From Bdellovibrionota bacterium FG-1 (GTDB taxonomy: Bacteria > Bdellovibrionota > UBA1018), in NCBI GenBank assembly GCA_051382295.1, contig JBBCAW010000041.1, forward strand, positions 1 to 64,000: DNA of 64,000 bases, read 5' to 3'. Under the pieces are notes generated by a model. It was not told where the DNA came from. It ran no database searches and saw only the letters and a list, made by a program, of their open reading frames with translations. How positions within the stretch are numbered: position 1 is the stretch's first letter; each line of letters opens with the position of its first letter. This document shows positions 39,001-50,000 of this stretch, piece after piece. A program made the translations under genes and the position numbers.

Positions 39001-39578
39001 AAAAAACGTGCCAACAGCGCAGCATATTGAGGTTCTAGTCCAATACCTAGGGTAGGCATTGGGATTATTGGCCCCGCGTAACCAATCGAGGCCCAGTTTG
39101 TGGATCGAGTGTAAAAGGCGAGATAACTGAGATCCTTCAAGCCCACGAAAACTGGGCGGCGCCATGCAGCTCCCAGTCGCCAGCCATCCAAACAGTGCGC
39201 CTGATCTTTGGGGTTGAGGGCAGTAAAGCGAGAAAGGAAACCGTGAAAGAGAAGCGGCGTCTGCTCGACCAAGTGCAGGGCAGCACGTAGCTCCCTTCGG
39301 TCCCTGGCGCAAAGGTGGGTCATAAAACCGTCCATCGAACGAGTCGCACTTTCGACTGAGACCTGAACATCATCTCCGGTAATCACCGAATAAACGGCCG
39401 CCAGGATACGTGCCTCGTTTGGGCTCAGATGTTTGAGGCCCCTTAACTCAGGTCCACGCGAAGGCGCGAGGAATCGCCAGCCGAGTGTCGCTCCTACGCC
39501 AACTACTGCCGTCCAGCGTAAAAAGCTCCTTCGTGAAAAAACGTCGAGCCTAGTTTCTGGATTGGATTTCTTCGCCAC
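38997..39578 (-). CDS. Tat-signal protein, gluconate-2-dehydrogenase subunit 3-like
   Basis: SRRSFLR twin-arginine motif; RFTAL…, AFY…W..IGY.GP. Confidence 0.8.
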   Translation of the reverse strand: MAKKSNPETRLDVFSRRSFLRWTAVVGVGATLGWRFLAPSRGPELRGLKHLSPNEARILAAVYSVITGDDVQVSVESATRSMDGFMTHLCARDRRELRAALHLVEQTPLLFHGFLSRFTALNPKDQAHCLDGWRLGAAWRRPVFVGLKDLSYLAFYTRSTNWASIGYAGPIIPMPTLGIGLEPQYAALLARFL

Positions 39579-39640
39579 TGGCTGGAATATAACATAAATT
39601 ATTTCTGAAAAGACACAACTCGATATAGAACTGCGTTCTC

Positions 39641-42211
39641 ATGACCCAAAAACGGCGCTTACTCGAACGTCTTCCCGAACACCCAGCCGACTCCTCCCTA
39701 TTGATGGATCATTTTTTGGGCTATGTTCAGGAACAAGGGTTGGCGCTCTATCCTGCGCAAGAAGAAGCCATTCTCGAGATCTATAGCGGCAAGAATGTGA
39801 TTCTCAATACTCCGACCGGCTCAGGTAAGTCGTTGGTGGCTGCTGCTCTTCATTTTCTTTCGATCGGCTCAGGGCGCAGGTCCTACTATACTTGCCCCAT
39901 TAAGGCTCTGGTTAACGAGAAGTTTTTATCGCTTTGTCGTGATTTTGGACCGGAGCAAATTGGAATGATCACTGGTGATGCGACCGTTAATTCGAACGCA
40001 CCCGTGATCTGTTGTACTGCTGAGATCTTGAGCAACATGGCCCTTCGGGATGGGGCGAAAGCTCGCGTAGATGACGTGATCATGGATGAGTTTCATTATT
40101 ATTCGGATCGCGACCGTGGGGTGGCGTGGCAAGTGCCTCTTCTCACTCTTCCTCAGTCGCGTTTTTTACTGATGTCGGCGACTTTAGGGGATACTGATTT
40201 TTTTGAAAAAGAACTCACGCGTCTCAATGGGCGCGAAACCGTGACGGTCCGGTCCACTACTCGGCCAGTTCCGCTCGAGTTTAGGTATTCAGAAGACCCT
40301 CTTCACGATGCGATGAGTAAACTCATCAGGGAAGGACGGGCTCCGATCTACCTCGTTCATTTTTCGCAACGTGAAGCCGCTGAAGCCGCGCAAAACATTC
40401 TTTCGACGGATTTTTGCACGAAGGAGCAAAAGAAGCTCATCGCGGAGGCGCTGGAAGCCGAGGGTGCACGTTTTTCGAGTCCGTATGGCAAAGACATCCA
40501 GCGTCTTTTGCGCCATGGGGTGGGCTTGCATCATGCGGGGCTGCTTCCTAAATATCGGATTTTGGTCGAAAAATTGGCCCAAAAGGGACTCCTCAAAATC
40601 ATTTGCGGCACGGACACGTTAGGGGTGGGCGTCAACGTACCGATCCGGACCGTTCTTTTTACCAAGCTTTGCAAGTTTGATGGCGAAAAATCGACCATTC
40701 TGAGTATTCGTGATTTTCAACAAATTTCTGGACGTGCTGGGCGTAAGGGATTTGATGAGCAGGGAACCGTGGTAGCCCAAGCGCCAGAGCATGTGATTGA
40801 AAATCTTAGAAACGAACAAAAAGCTGCGGGTGACGCCAAAAAGATTAAAAAGCTCGTTAAAAGAAAACCTCCCGAAAAGGGGTATGTGGCCTGGAATAAA
40901 GAAACCTTTGAAAAGCTTGTCAACGGAAATCCAGAGGCGCTCCAATCACGTTTTCAGGTCAATCATGGGATGTTACTGAATGTTTTGAGTCGCCCCGACG
41001 AAGACGGCTGTCGCGCCATGCAGCGATTGATTCGTGCTAGTCACGAAAATCCCCATTCGCGCAAACAGCATGGAAAGAAGGCTTTTGCCCTGTTTAGATC
41101 ATTAGTGGATCGCAAAATTATCGAATTCAACCCGCTCCGCGTGAATGTCGATTTGCAGGAGGATTTTTCACTCAACCATACTTTGGCGCTCTATCTTCTG
41201 GATACCCTGAAACTCCTGGACCCTCAAATTCCGGACTATGCGCTGGATCTGCTGACTTTGGTTGAATCGATTCTCGAAAACCCGGAAATGGTTTTGCGGA
41301 AGCAGCTGGATCGGGTCAAGTCCGAAAAGATGGCGGAACTCAAAGCTCAAGGAATGGAGTTTGATGATCGTATCGCGGAACTAGAAAAGTTAGAATACCC
41401 TAAACCCAACCGCGAAATGATTTACGATACGTTTAATGAGTTTTCGCGAATTCACCCTTGGGTGGGACAAGAAAATATTCGTCCAAAATCGATTGCCCGT
41501 GAAATGTTTGAAAACTTTCAGTCGTTTTCTGAGTATATTCGAGACTACGAACTTCAGCGAGTCGAAGGGCAGCTTCTTCGATATCTTTCAGAAGTGTATA
41601 AAGTCTTGGTTCAGACGGTTCCAGAATCGGCTAAGGACGCTGCCGCTCATGGGGAAGTGAGTCTGATTGAAGAATTCTTCGGAACGATGATTCGTTCGAT
41701 TGATTCGAGTCTTTTGGATGAGTGGGAACGTATGCGAAACCCCGCCTGGGTTTCACCGACGGCCGAGGTCAAAGATCAGACCGCCGCCGAGGCGAGTGAC
41801 ATTACTCGCAATGCCAAAGCCTTTACCGTTCAAGTTCGAAACGCGGTATTTCGGCTGGTTCGAGCCTTGGCGAGCGGGGAGTTCGAAGAAGCGTTAGAGC
41901 TGATTGAGCCCGAGGGTGACGGCCCTGATGGCCAAGGGGTGCGCTGGACGAAGGATGGTTTTACCGCGATTGCAGAGCAGTATAGTGTCGATCATCAGCG
42001 CGTATGTACAGACCCCAAGGCCCGCCTGCCTCAGTATACACAAATCACTAAAACTACGGGAGCCTGGAAAGTCTCTCAGGTTTTGGTGGATCCGGAAGGG
42101 CACAATGATTGGGTGATGTCGATTACTGTCGATTTGGCGCGTTCTCGTGAGGCCTTTAGGCCTGTGCTGAGGCTGGAGCAGATTGGGGCGCTGGCGCTGG
42201 GCGCCCAATAA
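39641..42211 (+). CDS. Ski2/HelY-like DEAD/DEAH RNA helicase with DUF3516
   Basis: [48 protein letters not shown]. Confidence 0.93.
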   Translation: MTQKRRLLERLPEHPADSSLLMDHFLGYVQEQGLALYPAQEEAILEIYSGKNVILNTPTGSGKSLVAAALHFLSIGSGRRSYYTCPIKALVNEKFLSLCRDFGPEQIGMITGDATVNSNAPVICCTAEILSNMALRDGAKARVDDVIMDEFHYYSDRDRGVAWQVPLLTLPQSRFLLMSATLGDTDFFEKELTRLNGRETVTVRSTTRPVPLEFRYSEDPLHDAMSKLIREGRAPIYLVHFSQREAAEAAQNILSTDFCTKEQKKLIAEALEAEGARFSSPYGKDIQRLLRHGVGLHHAGLLPKYRILVEKLAQKGLLKIICGTDTLGVGVNVPIRTVLFTKLCKFDGEKSTILSIRDFQQISGRAGRKGFDEQGTVVAQAPEHVIENLRNEQKAAGDAKKIKKLVKRKPPEKGYVAWNKETFEKLVNGNPEALQSRFQVNHGMLLNVLSRPDEDGCRAMQRLIRASHENPHSRKQHGKKAFALFRSLVDRKIIEFNPLRVNVDLQEDFSLNHTLALYLLDTLKLLDPQIPDYALDLLTLVESILENPEMVLRKQLDRVKSEKMAELKAQGMEFDDRIAELEKLEYPKPNREMIYDTFNEFSRIHPWVGQENIRPKSIAREMFENFQSFSEYIRDYELQRVEGQLLRYLSEVYKVLVQTVPESAKDAAAHGEVSLIEEFFGTMIRSIDSSLLDEWERMRNPAWVSPTAEVKDQTAAEASDITRNAKAFTVQVRNAVFRLVRALASGEFEEALELIEPEGDGPDGQGVRWTKDGFTAIAEQYSVDHQRVCTDPKARLPQYTQITKTTGAWKVSQVLVDPEGHNDWVMSITVDLARSREAFRPVLRLEQIGALALGAQ

Positions 42212-42250
42212 AAAAAAAGGACCCGGGAGATCAACCCCGGGTCCGTAAAA
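42211..42250. terminator. Strong terminator, U-tract on the minus strand
   Basis: A-tract then GGACCCGGG-AGATCAAC-CCCGGGTCC (42219-42244). Confidence 0.85.
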
Positions 42251-42540
42251 AATCTCTGACACCTTTCTTATGTTGCGAGCGGGACTCAATGCCCGTCTCG
42301 AAACACCCTTCCGTGCAAGCTTGCCCAGCTACCGGCGGGGTTATGTCTCTCATTAAACCTGTTTCTTATCTGTCGCGTTCCCCTCTGGCCTATAGAGAAG
42401 ACCCGACAGTCCGTGAGCTCCGCAGACGCCTGTGCGGCTCCGCTCACGCTAACTCGCCTTTGGGGGACCGTGGTTATGATACTCATCCAGATGAACGACT
42501 TGCTTTATGCGGTTTGGCATTCAATCGCCTCCCTTATATA
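42212..42540 (-). ncRNA. Candidate structured small RNA (~330 nt) of unknown family, with a 23-aa sORF (42449-42520)
   Basis: Sigma-70-like promoter upstream, three long hairpins, terminator with U-tract, no credible long CDS. Confidence 0.6.
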
Positions 42541-42544
42541 AACA

Positions 42545-42573
42545 AGACTAAATTAGTATGTTAATTAGAGCAA
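42545..42573 (-). promoter_or_regulatory. Sigma-70-like promoter for the candidate RNA
   Basis: Minus strand TTGCTC (42573-42568)-N17-TAGTCT (42550-42545) in AT-rich DNA. Confidence 0.55.
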
Positions 42574-42607
42574 CGTTTTTGTTGTTAAGAGAATGCAAAT
42601 ATCAAAA

Positions 42608-43579
42608 CTAGCCACGGGTCCAAAATCGAACCACTGGGCCGGCGCTGAGGTGAACTCGAGAAACAGCAGGAAGATCAAAGAGTTCACCATCTAAAGTGAA
42701 GCCGTCCGTGAGGTCGCATTCGAGTTCACGCACTTGACTTCCACAGACCAGACGGTCGCCAAAATCGAGTTCTCGCTGGTCGTTCATTCCAAAGATTAAC
42801 GAGGGCGAATGCATGGCAACCTTGCCTAGAGGCATCCCATTAGCTGAAAAGTGGAATCCCCCTGGCTTGATTTCTCCGGGTGGAAAAGGCCGAATCCCGA
42901 GCGAAAGTCGCTCAATCGTGCCCGCCGCTAGATTATGCATCGGCGCGCCCACGGGTTCGCCGCCATTGACTCTCAGGTGAATTTCGTCCCGCCTAAAGAT
43001 GGGAAGGGTGTCATTAAACGGCGACATCGCTTGTAAAAAGGTCTGCGAAGCCACGGCTGCCGCATCCATGACATTCGGTGATTCGTTGCGACGATAATAT
43101 TCGGTCAAAACCCGATAGCCCACGCCCCAGACAAAAACAAAACCGTAGTGGGCAGGGTCGTCATTCACCTGAATTCGAAGGGTGGGAATCTCCCTCAGTT
43201 CATGGGCTTGTTCCCCCGCAAACCAGCGGTCTAAGGTCTTTTGCGCTCCCTCGCGTTTTCCGGTCACATTGCACAGCATATTGATCGTGCCGGCTCGAAC
43301 CGCCAATACTGGAGGGAGGACCATTTCTTCGCCATGATTGCGGATCAAAGAGGTAATACCGCGGGAAATCGACCCGTCGCCCCCAAAGAAGCAAAGGGTT
43401 CTTTCGCCATGCTTCCAGTTGCTCATCAATAAATTGAGTTCATCGAGGTCACGAGTGAGGTGGATTTCAGAATTAGGAGGCAAAAGCTTCCGAAAGTCCT
43501 CAACTGAAAGCGCATCCATCTTAAGCTTGCGTGCGTTCGGATTAAGAACCAGCGTCATACCACTTTGGTCAGGAGTCAT
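42608..43579 (-). CDS. Diacylglycerol/sphingosine kinase-family protein
   Basis: LNPNA, GGDGS, AGTINML, FTLDGEL. Confidence 0.85.
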   Translation of the reverse strand: MTPDQSGMTLVLNPNARKLKMDALSVEDFRKLLPPNSEIHLTRDLDELNLLMSNWKHGERTLCFFGGDGSISRGITSLIRNHGEEMVLPPVLAVRAGTINMLCNVTGKREGAQKTLDRWFAGEQAHELREIPTLRIQVNDDPAHYGFVFVWGVGYRVLTEYYRRNESPNVMDAAAVASQTFLQAMSPFNDTLPIFRRDEIHLRVNGGEPVGAPMHNLAAGTIERLSLGIRPFPPGEIKPGGFHFSANGMPLGKVAMHSPSLIFGMNDQRELDFGDRLVCGSQVRELECDLTDGFTLDGELFDLPAVSRVHLSAGPVVRFWTRG

Positions 43580-43668
43580 TATGGGCCACAATCTAAACGC
43601 GTCCGACCCCGAAAGCAAAAGGAATATAGCTGAAATTAATAACGCCATGTGTTACGTAGGCGTCTGGA

Positions 43669-46600
43669 ATGAATTCTCTAAAGACTCTCTTGATATCTTT
43701 ACTCTTTTTATCTGGAATGGCGCATCAGTCCATCGCCGGAACGATCACCGTTCCCATGAATTCTTACGCCAAGCGTCCTGCAAAGGACCTCGTTTACCAG
43801 GGGCGTCGCATTGATGAAAACGAAGCCGCGCAATTGAGCCAAAATGGCGTGGCCCTTTGGCAATTAGATCCAGAAGAAAGCATTCTTTGGAAAAATCCGA
43901 GTACGGAGCAGCCTTCTGGGGTTGAGTCACTTCCGCCTGAAGGTGCGAGCGTTCAATTTAATTCTTACCTGGCTAGCACCCGAGGCATGTTCAGATCCTC
44001 GGTTGAAGATCAGAGTGCTCAGCCTTTTACGCTCACCGTGAGTCTCGGTAGTTCGGCTGCTTTGATGCGGGCCGGTCTTTTACGACGAATTGGCTATCAG
44101 AGCGCGAATCCCAGACTTTATCGTTCACTGACGATTCGTTTCGCCACGGTGTCCGTGCGAAATCAGTTTTTGGATGATCTGGCCGATCGCTCTCTCACTT
44201 CACGCAAAAGATGGATCAAAGAACTGCCGGCCGATAAAGCCGAAGTCACCTTACAAGGGGTCGTATTGGAACCTGGCCGAATTCATATTCAGGCTGTCCA
44301 TTGGGGCTTGATGAGTGCGGCACTTCAAGCGGATCGGCGGGTCTTTCGAGCGCTTTTGATTCCGGATGTTTTGTTGGGTTTTACCGAAAAGGGCAACGGC
44401 TTCGCCTGGGGGACGGGACGGGTCTTCAACGAGGGGGCGGTTTTTGATTATCTCTTTTCAGATGGATTTTCAGATGTTGCTTTCGATGACATCAAGTGGA
44501 TTCTGGCCCGTATCGGCGGTCTGACCCGCGAGGATTTCAAAAGTTTTGTCGCCCCAGCCGGATTGCCTGAGGATATTTCGGCGCTTTTGCTTGAAAAGGT
44601 GATTTCACGTCGAAATGCTTTGGTAGGGCTCGTGGGATTGGGGTCGATTTACCCTTCACTTGCGGCCATCGCAGACGTCAACATCGGCAACGTCATCCAT
44701 GGACAACTCCAGCGGGACGACTATGTCGGATATCCGCAAGAGTTTTTCAAAAAAGCCGAACTCCCTCCGTTGCGCTTTTCACAGCTTTGGCGATTTGGCG
44801 CGATTGAGGCCATTTCTTCTGGGATCGGTGCACTCCTGGGGCAGGTGAATGAACGCCTTTTAACGCTTCAAAGCTCAGGTACCGCTGTTTCTGCACATCA
44901 AAACGAGGTTTCTCAAGGGCTCGCCAGTTATCTTTTTCACACGGGTAATCTCACCGGTTACCAAAAAACAACGGGAGTCTGGGCAAAACCCACAGCTGGA
45001 GCGCATCTCAATGCTAGCCGTAACGTCGTGGCCGGCACGTATTTGGGGAGCGATTCTCAGGTTCAGCTCGTCGACACACTCACCGCCGATGTGGAGGCCG
45101 GTTTCTATTTAGGTTGGGATGCCGTGGCGCCAGCGGGAGTCGGCGTGAATAGTGCTGTCACCTTGAGTCGATCCTATTCGCATGTTCGGCCCGTTCAAGA
45201 TATGAATACGGCTTTTAAGACCAGTTGGGGGAAGCTCGTGGTTTCACCCTTCATGAGTCATTTGGCTGGAGTTCTGAATCCCAGTATTGAATGTTCGATT
45301 TCTGAAGGGCCGTGGACGAGCTGCACTGAAGTCGATGGGGTTCAGTTTGCCCGAATTAATTATGACCTTGGCCGCCCCACTGGCAAAGAAGAAGCCTTAA
45401 CGCTTCGAGCCCAGCTGATTGCTTCAGGCACGAGCGCGGATCGAATTTTTTTGCAAGGAAATGATCGAAAAGAAGACTGCAAAGCAGAAATTGAAAAAGC
45501 TGTGGATAAAAATCTCGAGGCCTTTGTCGACCAACTGGCTGTAGGCGAGATGTTTATCATCACGGATAGTGTTCAATTGGGGACCCAAGGGTCGGTTACG
45601 ATTCCGATTACCGCTATTCTGGGGGCCCAAGCGGCAGTCCAAACTTCAGGCGCCTTAAGTTATAAAATTGGCCGGCAAACGATGATTCGCCGAACGAGTA
45701 CTGGGTTTCAGGTCTACCTTCAAGATAATCGGCTTGATAACGCGCAATACGGCGTGGACTTCAATTTTTTTGTCAACGTGATTGGCTATTCCAAGGCCAA
45801 AGAGCATGGTAAAGCCGACACGGATTTTTACAATTTAAATATCGATGATTCGGATACGGCTACAAAGCAAAAGACGATTCGCTCCATCAAGGCTCTTTTG
45901 CTCGATAATAACGCTGAAATCCTCAGCGATAGTTTTGAACCCTATTCTCTTCATCAAGATCTTTTTGCCCGAATTATTAAGTTTAAATTTCTCCTTTGGA
46001 AAAAAGACTCGGCCCAAGAAAGTGAAACGGTGGACATCTACCCCCCCATGGATGCTCAGGGACAGCGAAATCGGGGCGATTACAAACGAACTTTAGCCAT
46101 GAGTCGTTTCGTCACGCGGACGGGAATGGATTGGTTTGGGTTTTTAGGGGATTTTATCGGAAAACTAACCCAAGGGGTAGTTTCATTGCCAAACGGCGGT
46201 GACCCTGGGAGTAGTCCAGGGGGACGAAGCTTTACGCAAGCTGTGTCCACCCAGGCGGAGATTACTCCCAATAAGCCGATGCTGCCGATGACGGCACTTG
46301 AGCAAACCTACCGAGGCTGGCAGTTATCCCGCAATAGTTTGTTTCGCATCTTTGATCGAATTGAGGCGACTTATGGCAAACTCGGAACAACACTTACCTC
46401 AGAGTCGCGTGCGCTTTTTGATCGCTCTCAGTTTGTCCAGACACGTGAATTACAGCTCTACCAAATTGATACGACCCTTATTTTTTATCCGGAAGCAGTC
46501 GAGAAAGCAAAAAACTGGCTATTAGGGAACTGGACCGAAAAGGATCTTTTTGGATTTTTATTGCGTCTCAATGGGGCTCAAAAAACCCGCATTTACTGCG

Positions 46601-47007
46601 ATATTGCTGAGAGTACCTTTGGACGTTACGGTCCTCAAATTTATTATGGACGTGAAGTACGGGGTTGTGCGCCTGATTGGGTGCAATGGGTGATGCAACT
46701 TCGAGCCAAAGGGCTCCCGCAGGATAAACAACAACAGCTGGGATGGTACAATGCCCTCATGAGCGATCTAGTCAACGGAGCGATGCCCTCTGAGTTGATG
46801 AAGGAATTTGATCCGAAAAGTTACTTTTTTGTGACTCGCGTAAATGGTTTTCGAAAGGGAGATATCAACGGGGGAGTTGAGTATCTTTCAGATACGGTGG
46901 GAAAATACGACAGCGAACGCGGGTTAGGAATTTATCGCGAATTTGCAAGTAGCTACGGAATTTCACTTTTTGAACTTTATGGACAGTTTTTTACGGAGGG
47001 TTTGTGA
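43669..47007 (+). CDS. Large secreted hypothetical protein (1112 aa)
   Basis: Signal peptide; long uninterrupted ORF; GTGA overlap with the S8 gene. Confidence 0.85.
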   Translation: MNSLKTLLISLLFLSGMAHQSIAGTITVPMNSYAKRPAKDLVYQGRRIDENEAAQLSQNGVALWQLDPEESILWKNPSTEQPSGVESLPPEGASVQFNSYLASTRGMFRSSVEDQSAQPFTLTVSLGSSAALMRAGLLRRIGYQSANPRLYRSLTIRFATVSVRNQFLDDLADRSLTSRKRWIKELPADKAEVTLQGVVLEPGRIHIQAVHWGLMSAALQADRRVFRALLIPDVLLGFTEKGNGFAWGTGRVFNEGAVFDYLFSDGFSDVAFDDIKWILARIGGLTREDFKSFVAPAGLPEDISALLLEKVISRRNALVGLVGLGSIYPSLAAIADVNIGNVIHGQLQRDDYVGYPQEFFKKAELPPLRFSQLWRFGAIEAISSGIGALLGQVNERLLTLQSSGTAVSAHQNEVSQGLASYLFHTGNLTGYQKTTGVWAKPTAGAHLNASRNVVAGTYLGSDSQVQLVDTLTADVEAGFYLGWDAVAPAGVGVNSAVTLSRSYSHVRPVQDMNTAFKTSWGKLVVSPFMSHLAGVLNPSIECSISEGPWTSCTEVDGVQFARINYDLGRPTGKEEALTLRAQLIASGTSADRIFLQGNDRKEDCKAEIEKAVDKNLEAFVDQLAVGEMFIITDSVQLGTQGSVTIPITAILGAQAAVQTSGALSYKIGRQTMIRRTSTGFQVYLQDNRLDNAQYGVDFNFFVNVIGYSKAKEHGKADTDFYNLNIDDSDTATKQKTIRSIKALLLDNNAEILSDSFEPYSLHQDLFARIIKFKFLLWKKDSAQESETVDIYPPMDAQGQRNRGDYKRTLAMSRFVTRTGMDWFGFLGDFIGKLTQGVVSLPNGGDPGSSPGGRSFTQAVSTQAEITPNKPMLPMTALEQTYRGWQLSRNSLFRIFDRIEATYGKLGTTLTSESRALFDRSQFVQTRELQLYQIDTTLIFYPEAVEKAKNWLLGNWTEKDLFGFLLRLNGAQKTRIYCDIAESTFGRYGPQIYYGREVRGCAPDWVQWVMQLRAKGLPQDKQQQLGWYNALMSDLVNGAMPSELMKEFDPKSYFFVTRVNGFRKGDINGGVEYLSDTVGKYDSERGLGIYREFASSYGISLFELYGQFFTEGL

Positions 47008-50000
47008 TCCTTCCTCTATTGTCGGTCTCAGCTGTATTTTTTATTTCCTCGGCAGTTGGCCCCTCGGCCGATGTCCTTTTGCAGCAACTCCGTGCTGCCC
47101 CTGGGGTTTTAAGTGGAGAACCTGTTTTTCAGAAGGGCGAGCAGGAGTTTTTAATTCAGCATGGGGAAGGATCTTTGGCTACTGCCCTCCGTCTCACCTT
47201 TCAGGATTTTGAGTCGTACGAGAGTCTTCAAAAAACGGTCAAAGTGCGTCATCTTGGGCATCTTGAACGAAATGGCCGTTTTCAGGTCAACTCGAATCCT
47301 GAACAATGGGGTCTCAATAATACGGGGATCCCGCAGCAAATCGAAGTCACGGATATTCTCTCTCGAACTGTAAATGCGGTAACGGGCGAAGACGTCGGCG
47401 TGATTCATGCGCCTAGTGAAATTGCTCATCGACGGATTCGTGTCGCGGTAGTGGATACTGGAGTCGACATCAGTCATCCCGCGTTACAGGCTCAGATTTA
47501 CCATAGCCCGACTGAGTGCCAAGCCCTTGATGCCTATCAAAAGTGCTTGCGTGAAAATGCGGATAAGTCAGTTTGTCATCAAAGGTATGCCAATCAGGAT
47601 ACCGATCAAAACGGCTACCCTTTGGATTGCACGGGATGGAGTGCTTTAGGGGGAGGGGATCATGAGGTTTCGGACTCCATCGGACACGGAACCCATGTGG
47701 CAGGCATTATTGGCGCTCAGGGGTTAGTGGACGGAGTCGCGTCGCAGGTTGAGATTTTACCCGTTCAAGTGATGGGAAAAGGAGAGACTGAAGCCGGTGC
47801 CTTTGCTGATGTGGTTGCCAGGGGTGTGCTTTATGCGATTCGAACGCATGCGCAGATCATCAATATGTCGCTGGGCTATTCGATTCATGAAGATTCGGAG
47901 TTGATGCGAAAGATGGTGGCTTTAGCACAGGCGGAAGGAATTTTGGTGGTTGCGGCGGCGGGCAACGAGTCATCATCTATCCCTGTTTATCCATGTCGGT
48001 ATGCGGGGGTCATCTGTGTCGCGTCCTTTAGTGCTGACGGGGCTATTTCGGGCTTTTCAGACTTTGGTGATGCAGTTGATGTAGCGGCCCCTGGCGAGAA
48101 AATTCTGAGTACTTGGCCGACCCTATTTTTCCCGTCGCTTTTTACCGAAAGAAAGGGCTACGACTTCAAAAGTGGTACTTCCATGGCGGCCCCCTTTGTC
48201 ACGGGTGTCTTAGCCCGACTTTTGAATGCAGGTATTCAGCCAGCAGAGGCCTACGCTCGTTTGCTTTTAGGCGTTCGCCCCCATCGCCAACCCACGATTC
48301 CGCTGAATGGCGATTCTAAGTTTACGCTTTCTGGCAATGTCGACTTGTCCCGCTCCTTTGCGGTGGACCCCCAACCGTTGATTCTGCCTTCCAATAAAGA
48401 ACCCGTACTTCTCATTCTGGATCGCATGCGTGGGACCGCTCTCAATGAAGCCCGTTTTCGGTTGAGCCTTAAGAACTATTGGAAAACCGCTTCATCCGTT
48501 CAAATTCAGGTGAGTGTGAGTGGAGAGCCGCAATTGACGAGTCAGGTGGACTTATGGCCGCAGGGTGAAAACCGCGATTTTGAGGGAGTTTTTCGATGGG
48601 CCGGGACGACATTAAAAGAGTTGCCAGGGAACTTTTATTTTGATGTGACGGTGTCCGATTCGCTGGGAGAAGTTCACCATTTTCGTAAGGGCGCCGAATT
48701 TGTGGTTCCGGTGAGACCGTTGCGAACAGAGGATAGCATCGCGGCAATGGCCGGGTTTGAGCGAATCATGACGGACTTAGGCTTGGCTGATTTGTCAGCA
48801 AACTATTCGATCAAACCGATCAGTTGTTTGTCTGGAGGGGGGCAAGATTTGCTCCTGATCAACAAAGGCGAGCGCTTCACCGCTTTGCGACTCTTGGATC
48901 ACACTGAAACCTCATCTGGGATCAGGATGATCCAAAAACAAGGCATAGCGCTTTTGGATACTTCAAAAGAACAGCTGTTTTCTGTTTCTTGTTTAGATCA
49001 ACGTCCTTTTGTTCCGCGCGAATTTGCCATTAGTTCCTTCAATGCGGCTGAAAAGAAATTTGCAGTCACTTTTTATGATGACAAATTTCGACGGCAAAAT
49101 CGCTTAGAATGGGACGCCGCTACCGCCGCGTTGGCAGCTGATTTTAGGTGGTTGTCAGCCGCTGATGGTAAACAGTGGCCCGCTTGGATTGGCCGAGGAC
49201 GATTACCGGACTCGGAGATCCCCAGCTTTGATCCTTGGGATAAACGTCCCTTCGAGCAGCGCAATCCCCTTGAATCGCGCCTCTACTATCTGTCGCCTTC
49301 GGGGCTGCATACCCTGGTGGCGCCAGCGGGTTATCGGTATGTTGGTTTTTTGAAGCCTACGAACCCTGAATTCAAAAATGGAAGTGTCAGAGTTCTTTTA
49401 TTGAAGGGACAGGATTTTGTTGCTGAATTTTCAGTCGCACAGCTGGCTGCTTTTAAGTGGGAAGAGCCGCAGAGCCTTTCTTTTGAGGTTTATCAGCGTC
49501 TTTCAGGCTTGAAGAGTTTGTCGGTTTTTTCGATGGAGGGATCATTGGGAGATACGGCATTTATTGAGGACGGGGCGGCCGGGAAAATGAGACTATCCCT
49601 GGTTTTAGGCTCGAGTAGCGACGCAAGTTTGCAAGTCAAGTCTTGGGTTCTAGAAGCACCGCAAGCGGGAGATTGGGTGAGTGAGGTTCTCGGCGTTTTC
49701 CAGGGAGAATCCGCCTTTTTTCGTTCTCGTTTTGGTTTGTATTTTTACGATGGTCTGAGCCGCAGAGCATTTGCCAGTGACCTGAGGCAATTTGATAGCG
49801 TGACTCGTTACCTCCCGGCTTGGAGGGACGGGCGTCCCGCCGTGGTTTTACCTGAAGGCCAAGGAAGCTCGCTAGCCGCTGAAGTGCTTGTTCCAACCAC
49901 CCAGGGACTTCAACGTCCGGCATTATTGAAGTTCTTTGGGGTCAGTGATCAGCAGGGAAGTTGTGAGCCGATACAAATGGTTTCAACAGGTCGGGACGGT

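Noticed and set aside
39001..39312. N-terminal extension of the 611-aa GMC ORF
   Set aside because: Overlaps the Tat-subunit gene in another frame; the true start is ATG 39000.
42212..42540. tmRNA, 6S, SRP, RNase P or c-di-GMP riboswitch identity for the structured region
   Set aside because: No GGGG…CCA tRNA-like ends, GTTCGA T-loop or Ala-ending tag; not a single long rod; SRP, RNase P and GEMM consensus motifs not found by eye.
41894..42564. ORFs of 131, 66 and 91 aa over the candidate RNA
   Set aside because: No recognisable motifs, and they run through strong hairpins or the terminator.
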